A stretch of 60,323 nucleotides of DNA, counting the filler, from Dirinaria sp. TL-2023a (Eukaryota), in NCBI GenBank assembly GCA_051941275.1. It is 7 parts of 7 records of this genome, joined end to end, with 100 filler letters (N's around TTAATTAATTAA, not from the genome) between each part and the next. Parts side by side here need not be neighbours in the genome. Positions count along the whole stretch, not along the records: positions 1 to 8,561 come from JAVEBF010001170.1; positions 8,662 to 17,221 come from JAVEBF010001171.1; 5 more parts are not named here. The stretch is one strand, 5' to 3'. Position 1 is the first letter of the stretch, and each line of letters opens with the position of its first letter. The position numbers were made by a program, and so were the translations under genes. Shown here piece by piece: positions 1 through 11,133 of the stretch. The notes under the pieces were generated by a model. It did no database searches, had not been told where the DNA came from, and saw only the letters and a list, made by a program, of their open reading frames with translations.

Positions 1-702
1 CCCTCCACCCCCTACGCGGGCGGGCAATACTGGGGAACTCTCCAGTTCCCACCCGACTACCCCTTCGCTCCACCCGCCATCCGCATGCACACCCCCTCTG
101 GCCGCTTCCAGCCCTCCACCCGCCTCTGCCTCTCCATTTCCGACTTCCACCCGAAATCCTTCAACCCGGCGTGGGAAGTCAGCACCATTCTCATCGGGCT
201 GATGTCGTTCATGACCTCCGAGGAGATGACCACGGGCAGCCTGCACGCCAGCGAGGCAGAGCGCAGATGGATGGCCGCCAGGACGCGATGGTGGAACAGC
301 ACAGGAGGCGGGAGCAGGACCGATCCCAAGAAAGGCGTCAATGCGAGTGTGAAAGGCATTGGGGCTGTCAAGGCCGGGGACGGCGGTGTGAAGTTCAGAG
401 CCGAGTGGCCGGAACTGGATGAGCAGAACTGGGACTGGATGAAGAAGAATAGGGTCGATCCGTCGTCGGGGAGTCTACTGCCGGATGAGGTAGGGGAAGC
501 GACGAAGGAATGCTCGCCGGAGGTTGCGGCATTGCGGAAGGGTCCGAGGGGAAGTGGACCTCTGGATGCAGTCCGTGGCGGCGGCCAGGCGGCTCGAGAT
601 GCGGGTCAGGGGTGGATCGGAAGGCATAAACTTGCCATAGCCATCACGCTGCTCATGGGGTTTGTGTTGCTTAAACGGACCTTGGGAGTTGAGGCGTCAT
701 GA
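1..702 (+). CDS. UBC6: Ubiquitin-conjugating enzyme E2, Ubc6/UBE2J2 type, tail-anchored; 5'-partial
   Basis: Frame open from base 1: TPYAGGQYWGTLQFPPDYPFAPPAIRMHTPSGRFQPSTRLCLSISDFHPKSFNPAW (catalytic Cys in RLCLS); C-terminal hydrophobic anchor LAIAITLLMGFVLL. Confidence 0.95.
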   Translation, partial: PSTPYAGGQYWGTLQFPPDYPFAPPAIRMHTPSGRFQPSTRLCLSISDFHPKSFNPAWEVSTILIGLMSFMTSEEMTTGSLHASEAERRWMAARTRWWNSTGGGSRTDPKKGVNASVKGIGAVKAGDGGVKFRAEWPELDEQNWDWMKKNRVDPSSGSLLPDEVGEATKECSPEVAALRKGPRGSGPLDAVRGGGQAARDAGQGWIGRHKLAIAITLLMGFVLLKRTLGVEAS

Positions 703-1114
703 ACCGGAACGGCTTCTGCGATCTTCTAGCCACAACGGTTTCTTGCATGTCATATGCTTAGCTGGGCGTTTAGGATGCGTCGACGTGGGAAAGCTAATAT
801 TCGCATGGCTTAGCGATGGAGAGTGCGTGAGAGCGTACAGTCGGTCAATCGGTCAGTCTGAATCAGGTACGTTTCTGTTTCAGAGTACCCAGGCTTGCTG
901 CATTGATCAAATGTTGTACTGTATAGCGTCCGCTTGCGTATATCGAGACGGTTAATGACTGGCTTTGCCTTTCTAATGAGACTACATGCCCGGATACATC
1001 CACATCAATGTACTATCGTAATGAGACGGCTTGACGCCTTCATTCCTCAGCACATACAGCTATACAGAGATGCATTTATACAATAACATTGGTTGATGGG
1101 TATGGGAGATGTCC

Positions 1115-2806
1115 CTATCCCAATCCTATTTTAACATCATCGCCTATTCCCCAGTCGCCATCTCGTTCCTGGCGCGCCGATAGGGGGTGATGGTCGGCTT
1201 CATCATCACTACCATAGCGAGTCGATACCGTATAGCCACTGCTATGGCCGCTCGATCTGCTCGTACTTCCCCTCCTCCAGAAGCCTCTTTTCCGCGCCTG
1301 ACTGCTGGAGGAATCATCCATGTCTTTAATCACTTGTGAGGTGTCGGAAGAGGCATCCATCGATAGCGGCTCTGATCCAGGGACCAGAGTCGCTTGCGAC
1401 GAGTCGATCTCTGATGACAACACCACTTCGACCAGCTCAGCGTCCCGGTACCATTTGCGCCTTCTTGTATACCTACCCCAACCATCTTGGCGGCGGCCGT
1501 CGTTCCACTTGTTGTCGTAATAGATCCAGCCTTCAGTGGTGCTGCCTTCTTTGCTCTTCCCAGCAGTTTCGACTCTCCATTCGCTATCAGGGACCCACCG
1601 CCATTCGGCGGTTTTGTTGTCGACTTCTGGCAGTGCGAAATTGTCTTTAGGATCAGAAGGATTGAGATGTTCATCTGTCCAAGCGGAGCGCTCATATGCT
1701 AACAGTGACGAAGTCCACCCAAGACCGAGCCATCGCCTCTGATTTTCGTAGACTGTGAAAGTGAAGCGGACTCCAGCTGATTGTGCTCCGCCTTTCACGG
1801 CAAAGGAGTTAGCAGCAGCTTGCTGAGTCTGACCTCTAGGAGGTAGCGGCGGTGGAGTCTCTTTTTCTTGCGATTGGTCCACTGACAGGTTAAGGCCTGT
1901 AATGATTGACGTCAAGCGGCGGAGTGTTTGAGATCGCCAAAGGATGGTTCGAGAAACCCGGGCTGGGCGTGAATGCCAGCTCAGGATCAACGTACCAAAG
2001 GTAAGAACGACTCGCTGAGTGGTGATGATTCGAATCGGGGATGAAGCGAGTACAATCCAGAAAGGTGTGACAAGAAGTATGCGCATGAACAAGCTAGTAA
2101 GTGCAGGCCTTGTAGTAGCCGAGGTCGCAGTACGCTGCGTGGATAGGAAATCTGTCAGGCGTAGAAATGGTTCTAGCAATATGTTACATCTCGAAGTCAT
2201 GACTCTCAAGGTCTCCACGATCTCATCCAGGCTCTTTTGGTGCCTCATGCTACCTTCCGACAGCTCTTTCTTATGTCCCTTTTGCTTTTCCCCTGTCCAC
2301 CCTGTCGACGAAAGCGGAGAGTACCTTCGTAAGTACATGGCAAATATGAGAATGATTACTAGCATGATAGGTCCAGCCCAACGTACGATGTAGTCACCGT
2401 AGAGCACCGTCGCCCAAAAGCAGGCGACGAGCAGAAAGCTCTCCCAGGGATCCCCACTGGACCATGACAGCAGTCCAAAAAGCTTATTCAAAGGCAATAT
2501 AAAGGGGTGAGAGAAGGCTAACGCTCGTGTGACAGTGGGTGGTGTAGCGATCAGTAACGGCGACTTCTGGTGCACGAGGATAGTAGACCGTGAGCGAGAG
2601 GCTGAAGGAGAATAGGACGAGCTAGGAGAGAAAGATGCTACTGTAGGCGGGTTCTGGTCTTGGTTCGCCTTCGCTGAAGACACATTATCGCCGACCCTCG
2701 CTGGTGAAGGTCCCATGTCCGCAATCCAAGGCGTGTCTGTGTTAATGTCAGCTTCCTCGAGGGCTCTTTTTACTGTGGGAAGAGTCGTTGTACCGAAAGC
2801 AGCCAT
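1115..2806 (-). CDS. Peroxisomal/ER membrane peroxin of the Pex23/Pex30-32 family (reticulon-like region plus dysferlin domain), 563 aa
   Basis: Hydrophobic hairpins followed by DysF-type motifs FTVYENQRRWLGLGW, WTDEHLNP, WRWV, GWIYYDNKW, RYTRRRKWYRDAE. Confidence 0.9.
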   Translation of the reverse strand: MAAFGTTTLPTVKRALEEADINTDTPWIADMGPSPARVGDNVSSAKANQDQNPPTVASFSPSSSYSPSASRSRSTILVHQKSPLLIATPPTVTRALAFSHPFILPLNKLFGLLSWSSGDPWESFLLVACFWATVLYGDYIVRWAGPIMLVIILIFAMYLRRYSPLSSTGWTGEKQKGHKKELSEGSMRHQKSLDEIVETLRVMTSRCNILLEPFLRLTDFLSTQRTATSATTRPALTSLFMRILLVTPFWIVLASSPIRIITTQRVVLTFGTLILSWHSRPARVSRTILWRSQTLRRLTSIITGLNLSVDQSQEKETPPPLPPRGQTQQAAANSFAVKGGAQSAGVRFTFTVYENQRRWLGLGWTSSLLAYERSAWTDEHLNPSDPKDNFALPEVDNKTAEWRWVPDSEWRVETAGKSKEGSTTEGWIYYDNKWNDGRRQDGWGRYTRRRKWYRDAELVEVVLSSEIDSSQATLVPGSEPLSMDASSDTSQVIKDMDDSSSSQARKRGFWRRGSTSRSSGHSSGYTVSTRYGSDDEADHHPLSARQERDGDWGIGDDVKIGLG

Positions 2807-3099
2807 ATAATGGCAAGCGCTGCGTTACCTTCCAGAGACCGCCATGATCATCAATGTCACCAGCCCCAGTGGCCTAGAGACTCAACTCTGACTTGCATTC
2901 TGAAGCTTGCATCGGTTGCATGTGAAGCCTTCGTCATAAAGCGGCTACTTCAAGCGGCTCGGCTCGGCTAACTTAAATGAGCCGCCTCAAAAAATACTTA
3001 CTGTAAAGGCGGCGAGTTCCATCTCAAGACTTGCGCACTCATCCAGTCTAGCGATTTCTGCTTCTTCCAGATCCCTCGAGGTTCTCCGAGAAGTGATCG

Positions 3100-3574
3100 A
3101 TGGTAAGCATAGCCACAAAATCTTTCATTAAACAGGTCCTCTGACAGCGGCGGCCAGGCCCACCGCATAATCACGCAGGTGGTCATCACTGGTTCTCGTG
3201 TACTGGGTCGCGCTTTCCTAGAGGCTTACAAGCAAGCGTCGGCACGATCGCAGTATGCACGTTCAGCTGTCGAACAAGGGAGTACCGCGGCGAATAACTT
3301 CGCATCTCATGGCCTTACCCTCGACGAAGCATGCAAAATCCTCAACGTTAAACCACCACAAGGAGGCAAAGCGAGTATGGAGGATGTCATGGAGAGGTTC
3401 AAGAAGCTTTTCGACCAGAACGAACCGCAGAAGGGGGGAAGCTTCTACCTGCAGAGCAAGATACTGCGCGCAAGAGAAAGGATAGAGCTAGAGGTCAAGC
3501 AGGTGGCCGAAAAGGCGGAACAGGAGGCTCAAGCTCGCGAAGGGTGGAAACCAAAGATTTACAAAGACAGGTGA
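3100..3574 (+). CDS. PAM16: Mitochondrial import motor subunit Pam16/Tim16; exon 1 is ATG only (3100-3102), intron 3103-3157
   Basis: ATG|GTAAGC...CTGAC...CAG|GCC splices to MAHRIITQVVITGSRVLGRAF; J-like domain LTLDEACKILNV...GGSFYLQSKILRARERI. Confidence 0.95.
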
Positions 3575-4690
3575 CACTGGGAAAAGGGGGGGCTTTGGAA
3601 CAATGCAGATCTGGAGCACTGAAGAATGGTCGCGCGAAGTCCGGGTTTTCAAAAGCAACCGCCGCAGTCCCCTTCGGAACGGAACTATCCGCCGCGATAT
3701 CTATCAAAGAGTTTTTATGCATAGCCAGGCGTTTGGGAAACTCTCTACTGCATTTACATAGGGTAAGGGCGTCTGTCATCTGCCCTCTAGGGTCTCAAAT
3801 CACCCACGCGGCGCAGGTGTCTTGAAAATCATCTAACCTACTCGCGCAATACTATCCTGTCGAGATTGATCTCTAATCCTAAATCTACCTAAGTGGAATT
3901 CCATTTACAAGTGAGAATTAAGCCAGTGCCACTTTCGAGACTGATCCTCTCCACGATGCCAAGGCGTTTCTGTGAGGACATCGAGCGGTCATAAATGGTC
4001 ACTCACGGTATATCTGCCCAAACCTGGGTGGCGAAGATATTGATTAGCCATTAATGCGGTTTTCTGAAGGTCTATATGATGTTGGACGAACAATTCCATC
4101 AACTCGCTGAGGTCCATTTGCGATCCTCCTAAAGCACGCGCCTAAGCTCGTTGCTTCTACAGTGACTTGGATTCCCTTCCTTGATCTTCTCAAGACGACT
4201 TCAGGAAGTGATTCATCTCAGATTCTGAGCCCGAACATGAAACGATATTACTCAGCTGTACCACTTAGGCTTTGCGACTTGTGATAGAACCAAAGCGTAT
4301 TCGCCAACAGTCTCGTAGAATTTGAGAAAGGAGCACCTATGCCATCACTATCCAAATTCCATTATGATCCAGCTGATTTTAAATAACTTTTGGGGCCATT
4401 ACCCGTTTAGTCTATGTTCATGTTCTCTAAATAAACGTTAATGCATATAAATACAGAGCACACTACATCGTAGGCATTTTTCGATCTCAAAGTATATACC
4501 TTGTGAACGCTGACGTGATTGGCACAGTGTCTTATTTAGTTTTTATAATTTCAATTTGACAACTCTGTGCACCTAGAAGAAACGCGAAGGATTATGAAGA
4601 AATTCTATAACTTCTTCAGAACTAGCTAGACAAATAGGTAGTTTCTTCAGTCTTTTAGGCTGATTCGATGCCAAGATTTTATATCAGCCT

Positions 4691-5914
4691 ATGCTGTTTA
4701 TCGATAAGGAGCATCTCCACAAGATCCCCCCAGACTGCGAGACTGCGTCAGTAAATTTTACAGATGGGCGCATGATGGCTCCTTCGAAGTATGAGAAAGA
4801 CCTTGACCTCCTCCGCATGCGCGTACTGTCAGCAAATTCCCTCATCAGCAGCTTTCAAGCATCCATTGAATTGCCGTCCTCATCTTTGCCCTCCCCCTCG
4901 AATGCTACGAATCCATTCCGCTTACTCCATGACTCCTCGACCCTACTGAAAGCTCAAACAACCAAACTATCTCTTCTCATCATTAATAAGCCATTTACAC
5001 CTTCCGCTATCTCTACTATCGTCTCGTCCATCAGCACGGGATGTCTGCCAGCAGTAATTTCGGCGTTCGAGCTCTGCCGCCCGGAGCGGTATACAAAATT
5101 TCTACGCGAGCATCTAAAGCAGACCATCACCCGATTGTTACATGAAATGGCCGCAATACTAGAGACCATACCAACCGCTGAGGAGAAAGACGCTGGAAAA
5201 GAAGGCCGGACAACACTGGCTAATACCGGCGTGATATGGGAGATTTGCGACTTTCTGGTCTCATTGGCCAACGATGGTCTTGCGAACGTTGCGGCTCAGA
5301 AGGCAGAAGCATATCATTCATTGCTCAAAGACGCTATCACAGAGCTAGAAGCCTGGAATCCTGATGAAGAGGAAGATGATGGACTCGTCACGTCGGATAG
5401 TTCATCTTCCTCCGAGCATGGAGCGAGTCGCGAGGATGAAGGCGACCCAAGCCCACCGCTCGAAACAGCGGTAAATGGCATGACGCTCACACCGCCGCCT
5501 ACACCATCACCCATACGGATTTTGCTTACTGAAAGTCTTGCCACACTACGGTTGATAAGGCTACTGTACCCGGCGCTCAAGAAGAGAAGGATTCTCAATT
5601 TCCCCACTATCAGTTCTCATACACTGTTAGAAACTCATCCTGATGCTACTCAGATCAAGAGATTTGATGCACTTATAAAACAATTAGGGCTATTTTCAGA
5701 GAACGCAGATGAGCTTGCCAGCGCACTTTACTCTCACGACGAAGATGACGTCGAGAATCAGCTGAGCGTTATGAGAGAAAACGGAAGAAAATGCATTGAT
5801 GGCATGAGACTGGACTGGAAGGGCGGCGAAGATGAGTTCACAGCATGGAGCGGCAAATGGATGCAGAGATTAGATCAAGGTGGAACTCCTGAGGGGAACT
5901 CCACCTCAATATAG
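4691..5914 (+). CDS. GCIP / cyclin-D1-binding-protein-like helical protein; true start may be the downstream MMAPS
   Basis: 407-aa ORF with LLKAQTTKLSLLIINKPFTPSAI, TGVIWEICD, LLKDAITELEAW plus acidic tract, and ADELASALY; family assigned from recall. Confidence 0.7.
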   Translation: MLFIDKEHLHKIPPDCETASVNFTDGRMMAPSKYEKDLDLLRMRVLSANSLISSFQASIELPSSSLPSPSNATNPFRLLHDSSTLLKAQTTKLSLLIINKPFTPSAISTIVSSISTGCLPAVISAFELCRPERYTKFLREHLKQTITRLLHEMAAILETIPTAEEKDAGKEGRTTLANTGVIWEICDFLVSLANDGLANVAAQKAEAYHSLLKDAITELEAWNPDEEEDDGLVTSDSSSSSEHGASREDEGDPSPPLETAVNGMTLTPPPTPSPIRILLTESLATLRLIRLLYPALKKRRILNFPTISSHTLLETHPDATQIKRFDALIKQLGLFSENADELASALYSHDEDDVENQLSVMRENGRKCIDGMRLDWKGGEDEFTAWSGKWMQRLDQGGTPEGNSTSI

Positions 5915-7618
5915 TATTGAAGCAAAGACATCGACTTTCACGAGGACTGTTAGCACTTCCCAGAGAATTCCTTCGCTTTGATGGGCAATTGACCGACAGA
6001 TGGTGGGAGTAACGCCCGCTTTCGGAGCCCTACAAGTTTTCTTGATCAGATCATGGACCATTCCTGCTCAGCCTTTGGGCGGGTTTAGAGGCAATCCAGA
6101 ACTTCAGCTTACTCATCTTTGCTAGGCCTGATCAAAGCGTCACCCAAGACATCCAGAATATTGTCGCTCGTGACCACTACACCCATAAAACCTTCCCGAA
6201 TTGTGCCAGGAGACTCTAACGCATCGTTGAGGACAAACCCATTATAGTGGCAAGCCCATCTCAGATTAGAGAATTTTGCATCTGTTAGACGCTGTTCGTG
6301 AAGTCCGAGAAGGTTTGGCTATCGTAGATGTAGCTTATCGGGCGTAATTGCTGGTGGTTACTCAACAGGCCCTCGACTCGCATAATGGTCAAAAGTCTAA
6401 GGAGTATAAGTTACTATGATGTTGACTGCTAATCGTGATCGGGGGCCGGTCACTAGTTACTCTGAGTGTTTCTATACCTTGCATCGGATCCATAGAGCGG
6501 CCACACGATGCAATACTAATAGGCTCTCACTGCCGCCACACCACTCTACTTTACTGGCACACCACCCTCCCCGCTAAGTACTCACTTTCACGTGCTAATG
6601 TATCCGATCCAATCTCTTTGATGTCTCGGAATGAAGCATAGTCATTTCTCTGCTTTGTCAGCATGCGAATTTCAAGCAACGACGATTTCGCGAGATGACG
6701 ATGGAATGATTCACGACGAACGTGTCATCGTCAAATACCCAAACCGTTAAAGCAGATTGAAGGTGTTAGAAAAAAATTTTTTTGAGAGAGACATTGATAG
6801 ATCGAAAACAATAAGTGGGGAGAGCGGCGTGGGCAGTAGGGTGATGTGGCGGCAGTAAGTGGGATCCTACCAATACATTATTCGAAGTAGGGCTACGCTA
6901 ACCGCTTTGAGGTTTTCTCTTCCTTGCGTCAATCACACAGACAGACAAATGTATTATCAATGTATTAGCAGCGACTCGGAAAGTAGCAACGCCCACACTC
7001 AATCTTTTCGTCACTCATAGACTCTGAATATGCAATAGTATCATTCCCTACCTTTTCACGACATACACTCGTACCAGTGAGCGTCGAAGCTGAGATCTAT
7101 GCGGATCCACTACTGTATGGAGCACAGCAACTTTCTCTCATCTGCTATCTTCCCTGCAGTCATGATGGTCGGAGGTTACACTAACGCATTTGAGGTTTTT
7201 CTTCTCTTTTCTTTCGATACAGAGTCCTTGAAATGCATTTTAAATGTATTACCTTAGCAACAGTGAACTATGGTTCCTGAGTCCTTCTACGAGAATATCA
7301 TTCCCTTCCATACTTCAAGCACAATTATCCAAGAGTACGAGTACAAAAGCAAGCAACGAGATTCATTGTTGTCAATCAAATCGAGTCCAGCAATTTCTCT
7401 TGGTAATAGCCTGGAGGATAAAAGGCTACCTTAGACTAACCTCTTTTGCATTTGGTTTTTTTGTGATAGGATGGGAGGATTTGTCGTACAGAGATTTGGG
7501 AGAGCTGGGTTTGGATTCGTTTTGGTTTTGTAGTGAAAAGGATTGTTCATGGATGAGGAGAATGCTGGTGTGTGATATACCTTGGTGATCATTTGGGAGG
7601 GGGAGGAGGAGGGATTTA

Positions 7619-7620
<2 letters not shown>

Positions 7621-7660
<40 letters not shown>
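7621..7660. repeat. Poly-T tract (40 nt)
   Basis: Direct reading. Confidence 0.95.
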
Positions 7661-7662
<2 letters not shown>

Positions 7663-8203
7663 TGTGCAGAAGGAAAAGTGGAGATTGAGGAGAGCCCGGG
7701 TTCCACGGGTAATAGGCTGCGTGTACCCCGTGATTTCTACGAGAGGAGGACAACGTAATAGGAAGTACCACTGATGAAAAGAACTTTTATGAAATAGAGC
7801 TCGCCGAAACCAAAATCGAAGATCCACACAGGACGTTCTTGGAAACTAGTCCTCCACCAATGGATCTCAACCTTGACCAGCTCAGGGAGGTAGTGGTGGC
7901 CTTAAAAGGGAGACTTACCCATCAGTCCTTGAGTCTGGTGATGTAACACCGCCTGAATATATTGTTTCTTCAATTACGAGCGGTTTCAACACGACACAGG
8001 ATCTGGAAACTATGTATTGATATTTGTCGGGAGTTTCTAGGACCATGTCGAGATACCTTAAGCCTTAATCCTGTATCGAAGAGCATGTTGCTCTCCAAGC
8101 TTGTTCCAGCACAGTATTCCTCCACTAAAGCTTGACTCGAAATCAGAATAAGGTAAGCGATGAGAGCCTGAGAGCTACCAGAGTGAAATAAACTATTCAC
8201 ATC

Positions 8204-8539
8204 TCACCGCCTCCGAACCTGCACCGCCAAACCCACAACCCTATTCACCAATCGCCGAAACCACCCATTTCCATTTCCATTGCCATTTCGCCGATTCCCC
8301 ACCACAAGGCCTCCGTTGTTATTTGCTTGCTGCTGCTGCTGCTGCTGTAGCGGTATGGGGTTCTGAACCCTATTCATCGCTCCCTGCTGCTGGAACACAC
8401 GCACCAAGCGGCTGATCATCCAGTATGAGAGGCAGAGTATCACCAAGCAGGCGATGGTGGCCGAGATTATCCTCCATATCCGGGCGTTGCGCGCAGGGTT
8501 GTCGTCGTCGTTGTCTGAGTCGGGAGCGGTGGGGCCCAT
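8204..8539 (-). CDS. Small single-pass membrane protein, 111 aa, unknown function
   Basis: AAAATG start; one TM segment IISATIACLVILCLSYWMI; Q/N/G low-complexity tail; near contig end. Confidence 0.45.
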   Translation of the reverse strand: MGPTAPDSDNDDDNPARNARIWRIISATIACLVILCLSYWMISRLVRVFQQQGAMNRVQNPIPLQQQQQQQANNNGGLVVGNRRNGNGNGNGWFRRLVNRVVGLAVQVRRR

Positions 8540-8561
8540 TTTTGCTGCTGAGGGATATATT

Positions 8562-8661
8562 NNNNNNNNNNNNNNNNNNNNNNNNNNNNNNNNNNNNNNN
8601 NNNNNTTAATTAATTAANNNNNNNNNNNNNNNNNNNNNNNNNNNNNNNNNNNNNNNNNNNN
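8562..8661. other. Artificial contig spacer N44-TTAATTAATTAA-N44 (stops in six frames)
   Basis: Identical 100-nt spacers also at 17222-17321, 25857-25956, 34485-34584, 43103-43202 and 51719-51818; contigs are sorted by length. Confidence 0.99.
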
Positions 8662-9795
8662 GATATGCCTCGTGCACCGCCGCCACCACCGCCGCCACCA
8701 AAAGAGCAAACGCCTAACGATGAGCAGCAAGATTATGATCCATACAATTACACTTCAACGAGGCAGGGCTCGTATACGAGCCCAAATCTACAAAGCAGTA
8801 ACCCAATGACGCCAAAAACAGAGGATCCGGAGGACTTGTATTCGGCTTCTCCACCTCGGCACACCAAGCAGCCTCTTCCTCACCAGAGCAATTCCCCATT
8901 CTCGTCGCCGCCTTCACAGCCTATTCCTGGAAGAGCACCTCCCCGGCAGTCATTGGACGTCCAAAGGACAAGCACAAGCATCCGGAGATCAATGGATGCA
9001 CCACGAGCATCTGCCGAACATGAGTCAATTGCTGGTGATGTCGACCTCGGGCAGGCGAGCCAGTGGTGGCGACAACCGGGTACACCTCCTCCAGTTTTCC
9101 AAAATCGCCGTGACGTCGTATACGAAGTGGAGGAATCGAGCACGACCAGGCGAGGAGGCCGACAGTCTGTTACAAAACTTGTCTACGTATTGTATATGGA
9201 TTATTCGCAGACCGTCATTACCGCACTCTTTGATGCACAAAACCCGGCTGAGGTGGCTCTAGAACAGCATCATGAGGCCCCCCCAGCACGTATGAGGCAA
9301 GACCAACTAGAAGATGCACACTCTCATTTCGGCGCACATATTGCGGAAGAAGCTAACTCGAAAAAAGACACTATTGTCGGTGATGGGAGTCCCCATGGTT
9401 TAGTGCTTGGCCTGCTCTCGTCACTGCCAGACGTGCTATTGCCTGTTGGTACGCGCGCGTATGGTGCCCTCGTCTACGCCAATCTAGCGAATGCTACTGT
9501 TCAGCAATTCGACGAGATCCGTCCAGGGGACATTGTGACGTTCAGAAACGCCAAGTTCCAGGGTCACCGTGGACCGATGCACTCTAAATACAGCGTCGAA
9601 ATCGGCAAGCCAGACCACGTGGCTGTTGTTGTAGATTGGGACGGCACGAAAAAGAAAGTACGAGCTTGGGAGCAGGGGCGGGAGAACAAGAAGGTCAAAA
9701 TGGAGAGCTTCAAACTCAGTGACATGCGCAGTGGAGAAGCAAAGGTATGGCGCGTAATGTCGAGGAAGTGGGTAGGATGGGAAGGGCAGAATTAA
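8662..9795 (+). CDS. BBC1: Bbc1/Mti1 (myosin-tail-interacting) family protein, C-terminal part; 5'-partial
   Basis: Proline-rich region then conserved C-terminal domain YVLYMDYSQT, YGALVYANLAN, EIRPGDIVTFRNAKF, DHVAVVVDWDGTKKKVRAWEQG. Confidence 0.8.
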   Translation, partial: DMPRAPPPPPPPPKEQTPNDEQQDYDPYNYTSTRQGSYTSPNLQSSNPMTPKTEDPEDLYSASPPRHTKQPLPHQSNSPFSSPPSQPIPGRAPPRQSLDVQRTSTSIRRSMDAPRASAEHESIAGDVDLGQASQWWRQPGTPPPVFQNRRDVVYEVEESSTTRRGGRQSVTKLVYVLYMDYSQTVITALFDAQNPAEVALEQHHEAPPARMRQDQLEDAHSHFGAHIAEEANSKKDTIVGDGSPHGLVLGLLSSLPDVLLPVGTRAYGALVYANLANATVQQFDEIRPGDIVTFRNAKFQGHRGPMHSKYSVEIGKPDHVAVVVDWDGTKKKVRAWEQGRENKKVKMESFKLSDMRSGEAKVWRVMSRKWVGWEGQN

Positions 9796-9951
9796 AGCCT
9801 AGGAATCGCAGCTGTTGAATATAAAAGCTACGGGCGCCCCTGCCCACCGCTTTGAACCTGAAGGGTGGCATATGCCTGGTAGCGGTGGGCAATGCGATCA
9901 CTTTTGATCATGACCCTCTACAGCCTTGGTATGATGCATCATTCTGCCATG

Positions 9952-10662
9952 TTATCTGAAAGCAAACACTGTACGCTCTAATGGTTCTCTCGGCGTTTCC
10001 CAAGCCAGCCAATCCGACCTCGTCGTCCTACCAAATTCGTTAGCTCCGTGCCTCTGAAAGCCCCAGCGTATTCAAAAAGGTGCAACTCACGGTAAGAGCC
10101 CCATGCCATTGACCTTCCATACCCCTAAGGCCAAAGCGACAAGGTTCATAGCAACATAAGCAGCCTTGATAAGCCATAGTGTCTGCCTCGTACCCTCGGT
10201 CTCGAACCTTGTAAAGGCTTGATTTGTCTGCATCAGGCTCTGCACCGGGTTCTTGAACAGCATAAACACCATCATGATGCTAAATATCTGAAGACTGTTT
10301 CCAGACATGTACATCATGATGGCATTCATAGGGAGTGCTTTCGCCGGAGCGAGCGCAATTTCCCACGCCTTTTTAATTTTCAGCGTGTCTGTCTCCTTAG
10401 CCGAAGGGGTGAGGTTCGAGTTCGAAGTTTGCTTTGCAGAGCGCTAGATTTTTGTAATGAGTTATCCGTGGAGATTGTTGGAATGATTGCTTATGCTCAC
10501 CGAAGAAGATCGCTTTGCGGTTGTGTAGCCTGGTGGGTCTGGTAGTGTCGAGGCTTTGGAGCTGGCTCGAGGCACATGGTGTAGCTGCTGAACCCAGTAC
10601 GGTGCCGCTTTTGATTGGGAAGCTGGTACAACTGTCGGACTCATGCTGGATGTGGTTGCCAT
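9952..10662 (-). CDS. EMC4: ER membrane protein complex subunit 4, 3 exons (introns 10500-10444 and ~10090-10028)
   Basis: Spliced product contains LKIKKAWEIALAPAKALPMNAIMMYMSGNSLQIFSIMMV...WKVNGMGLLPTTRSDWLAWE. Confidence 0.95.
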
Positions 10663-11133
10663 GTCGACTTATTTCTTCAGTAATGGTATGCATGCAATAC
10701 TTTAAGTAGAGATCGAATGGAAGATCCCACGGTTCTCTTGCCTGCTCTACCCTACTACAACCCTAGGATGGTGAGATTTAGGACCGGCATCATCCAGTAA
10801 GGTAAGGTATGATACCGGCATCAACCGGCCCTTAAAGAGCGGGCCGAAAGACGGAGTAAACATTTTTAAGCGAACAGCATTAAAGAGTGAACACTGAATA
10901 CCCCTAAAGTAAGAGCGCGCTAAGACGGATGACACTCATGTCGATCCATCAACAAGTATTGTTGTACTGATTCTTACCATCTCCATGAGCCGAATGTCCT
11001 TCTCTCATGCAATTACCATATGTCTTGTTCGGCCTTCGTAGATTGAAGCAGTGGTGAAAAGCAGTTGAAACAAGCAAGACAACTAGATTAGCAGTGTTCA
11101 GCTCCAGCAGTGCAACTTACTCAGGTCAGCAGG

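Noticed and set aside
5950..6400. Protein-like minus-strand frame with four stops
   Set aside because: Stop density is close to chance and no family motif is recognisable.
6770..6905. Sm-like ATTTTTTTG followed by ATAAGT and GCTAAC, resembling the 3' end of Pezizomycotina telomerase RNA
   Set aside because: No template sequence was found upstream and only ~900 bp are free after the GCIP-like gene; these short motifs can occur by chance.
7426..7827. Poly-Lys ORFs here and at 25418-25849
   Set aside because: Artefacts of homopolymer tracts.
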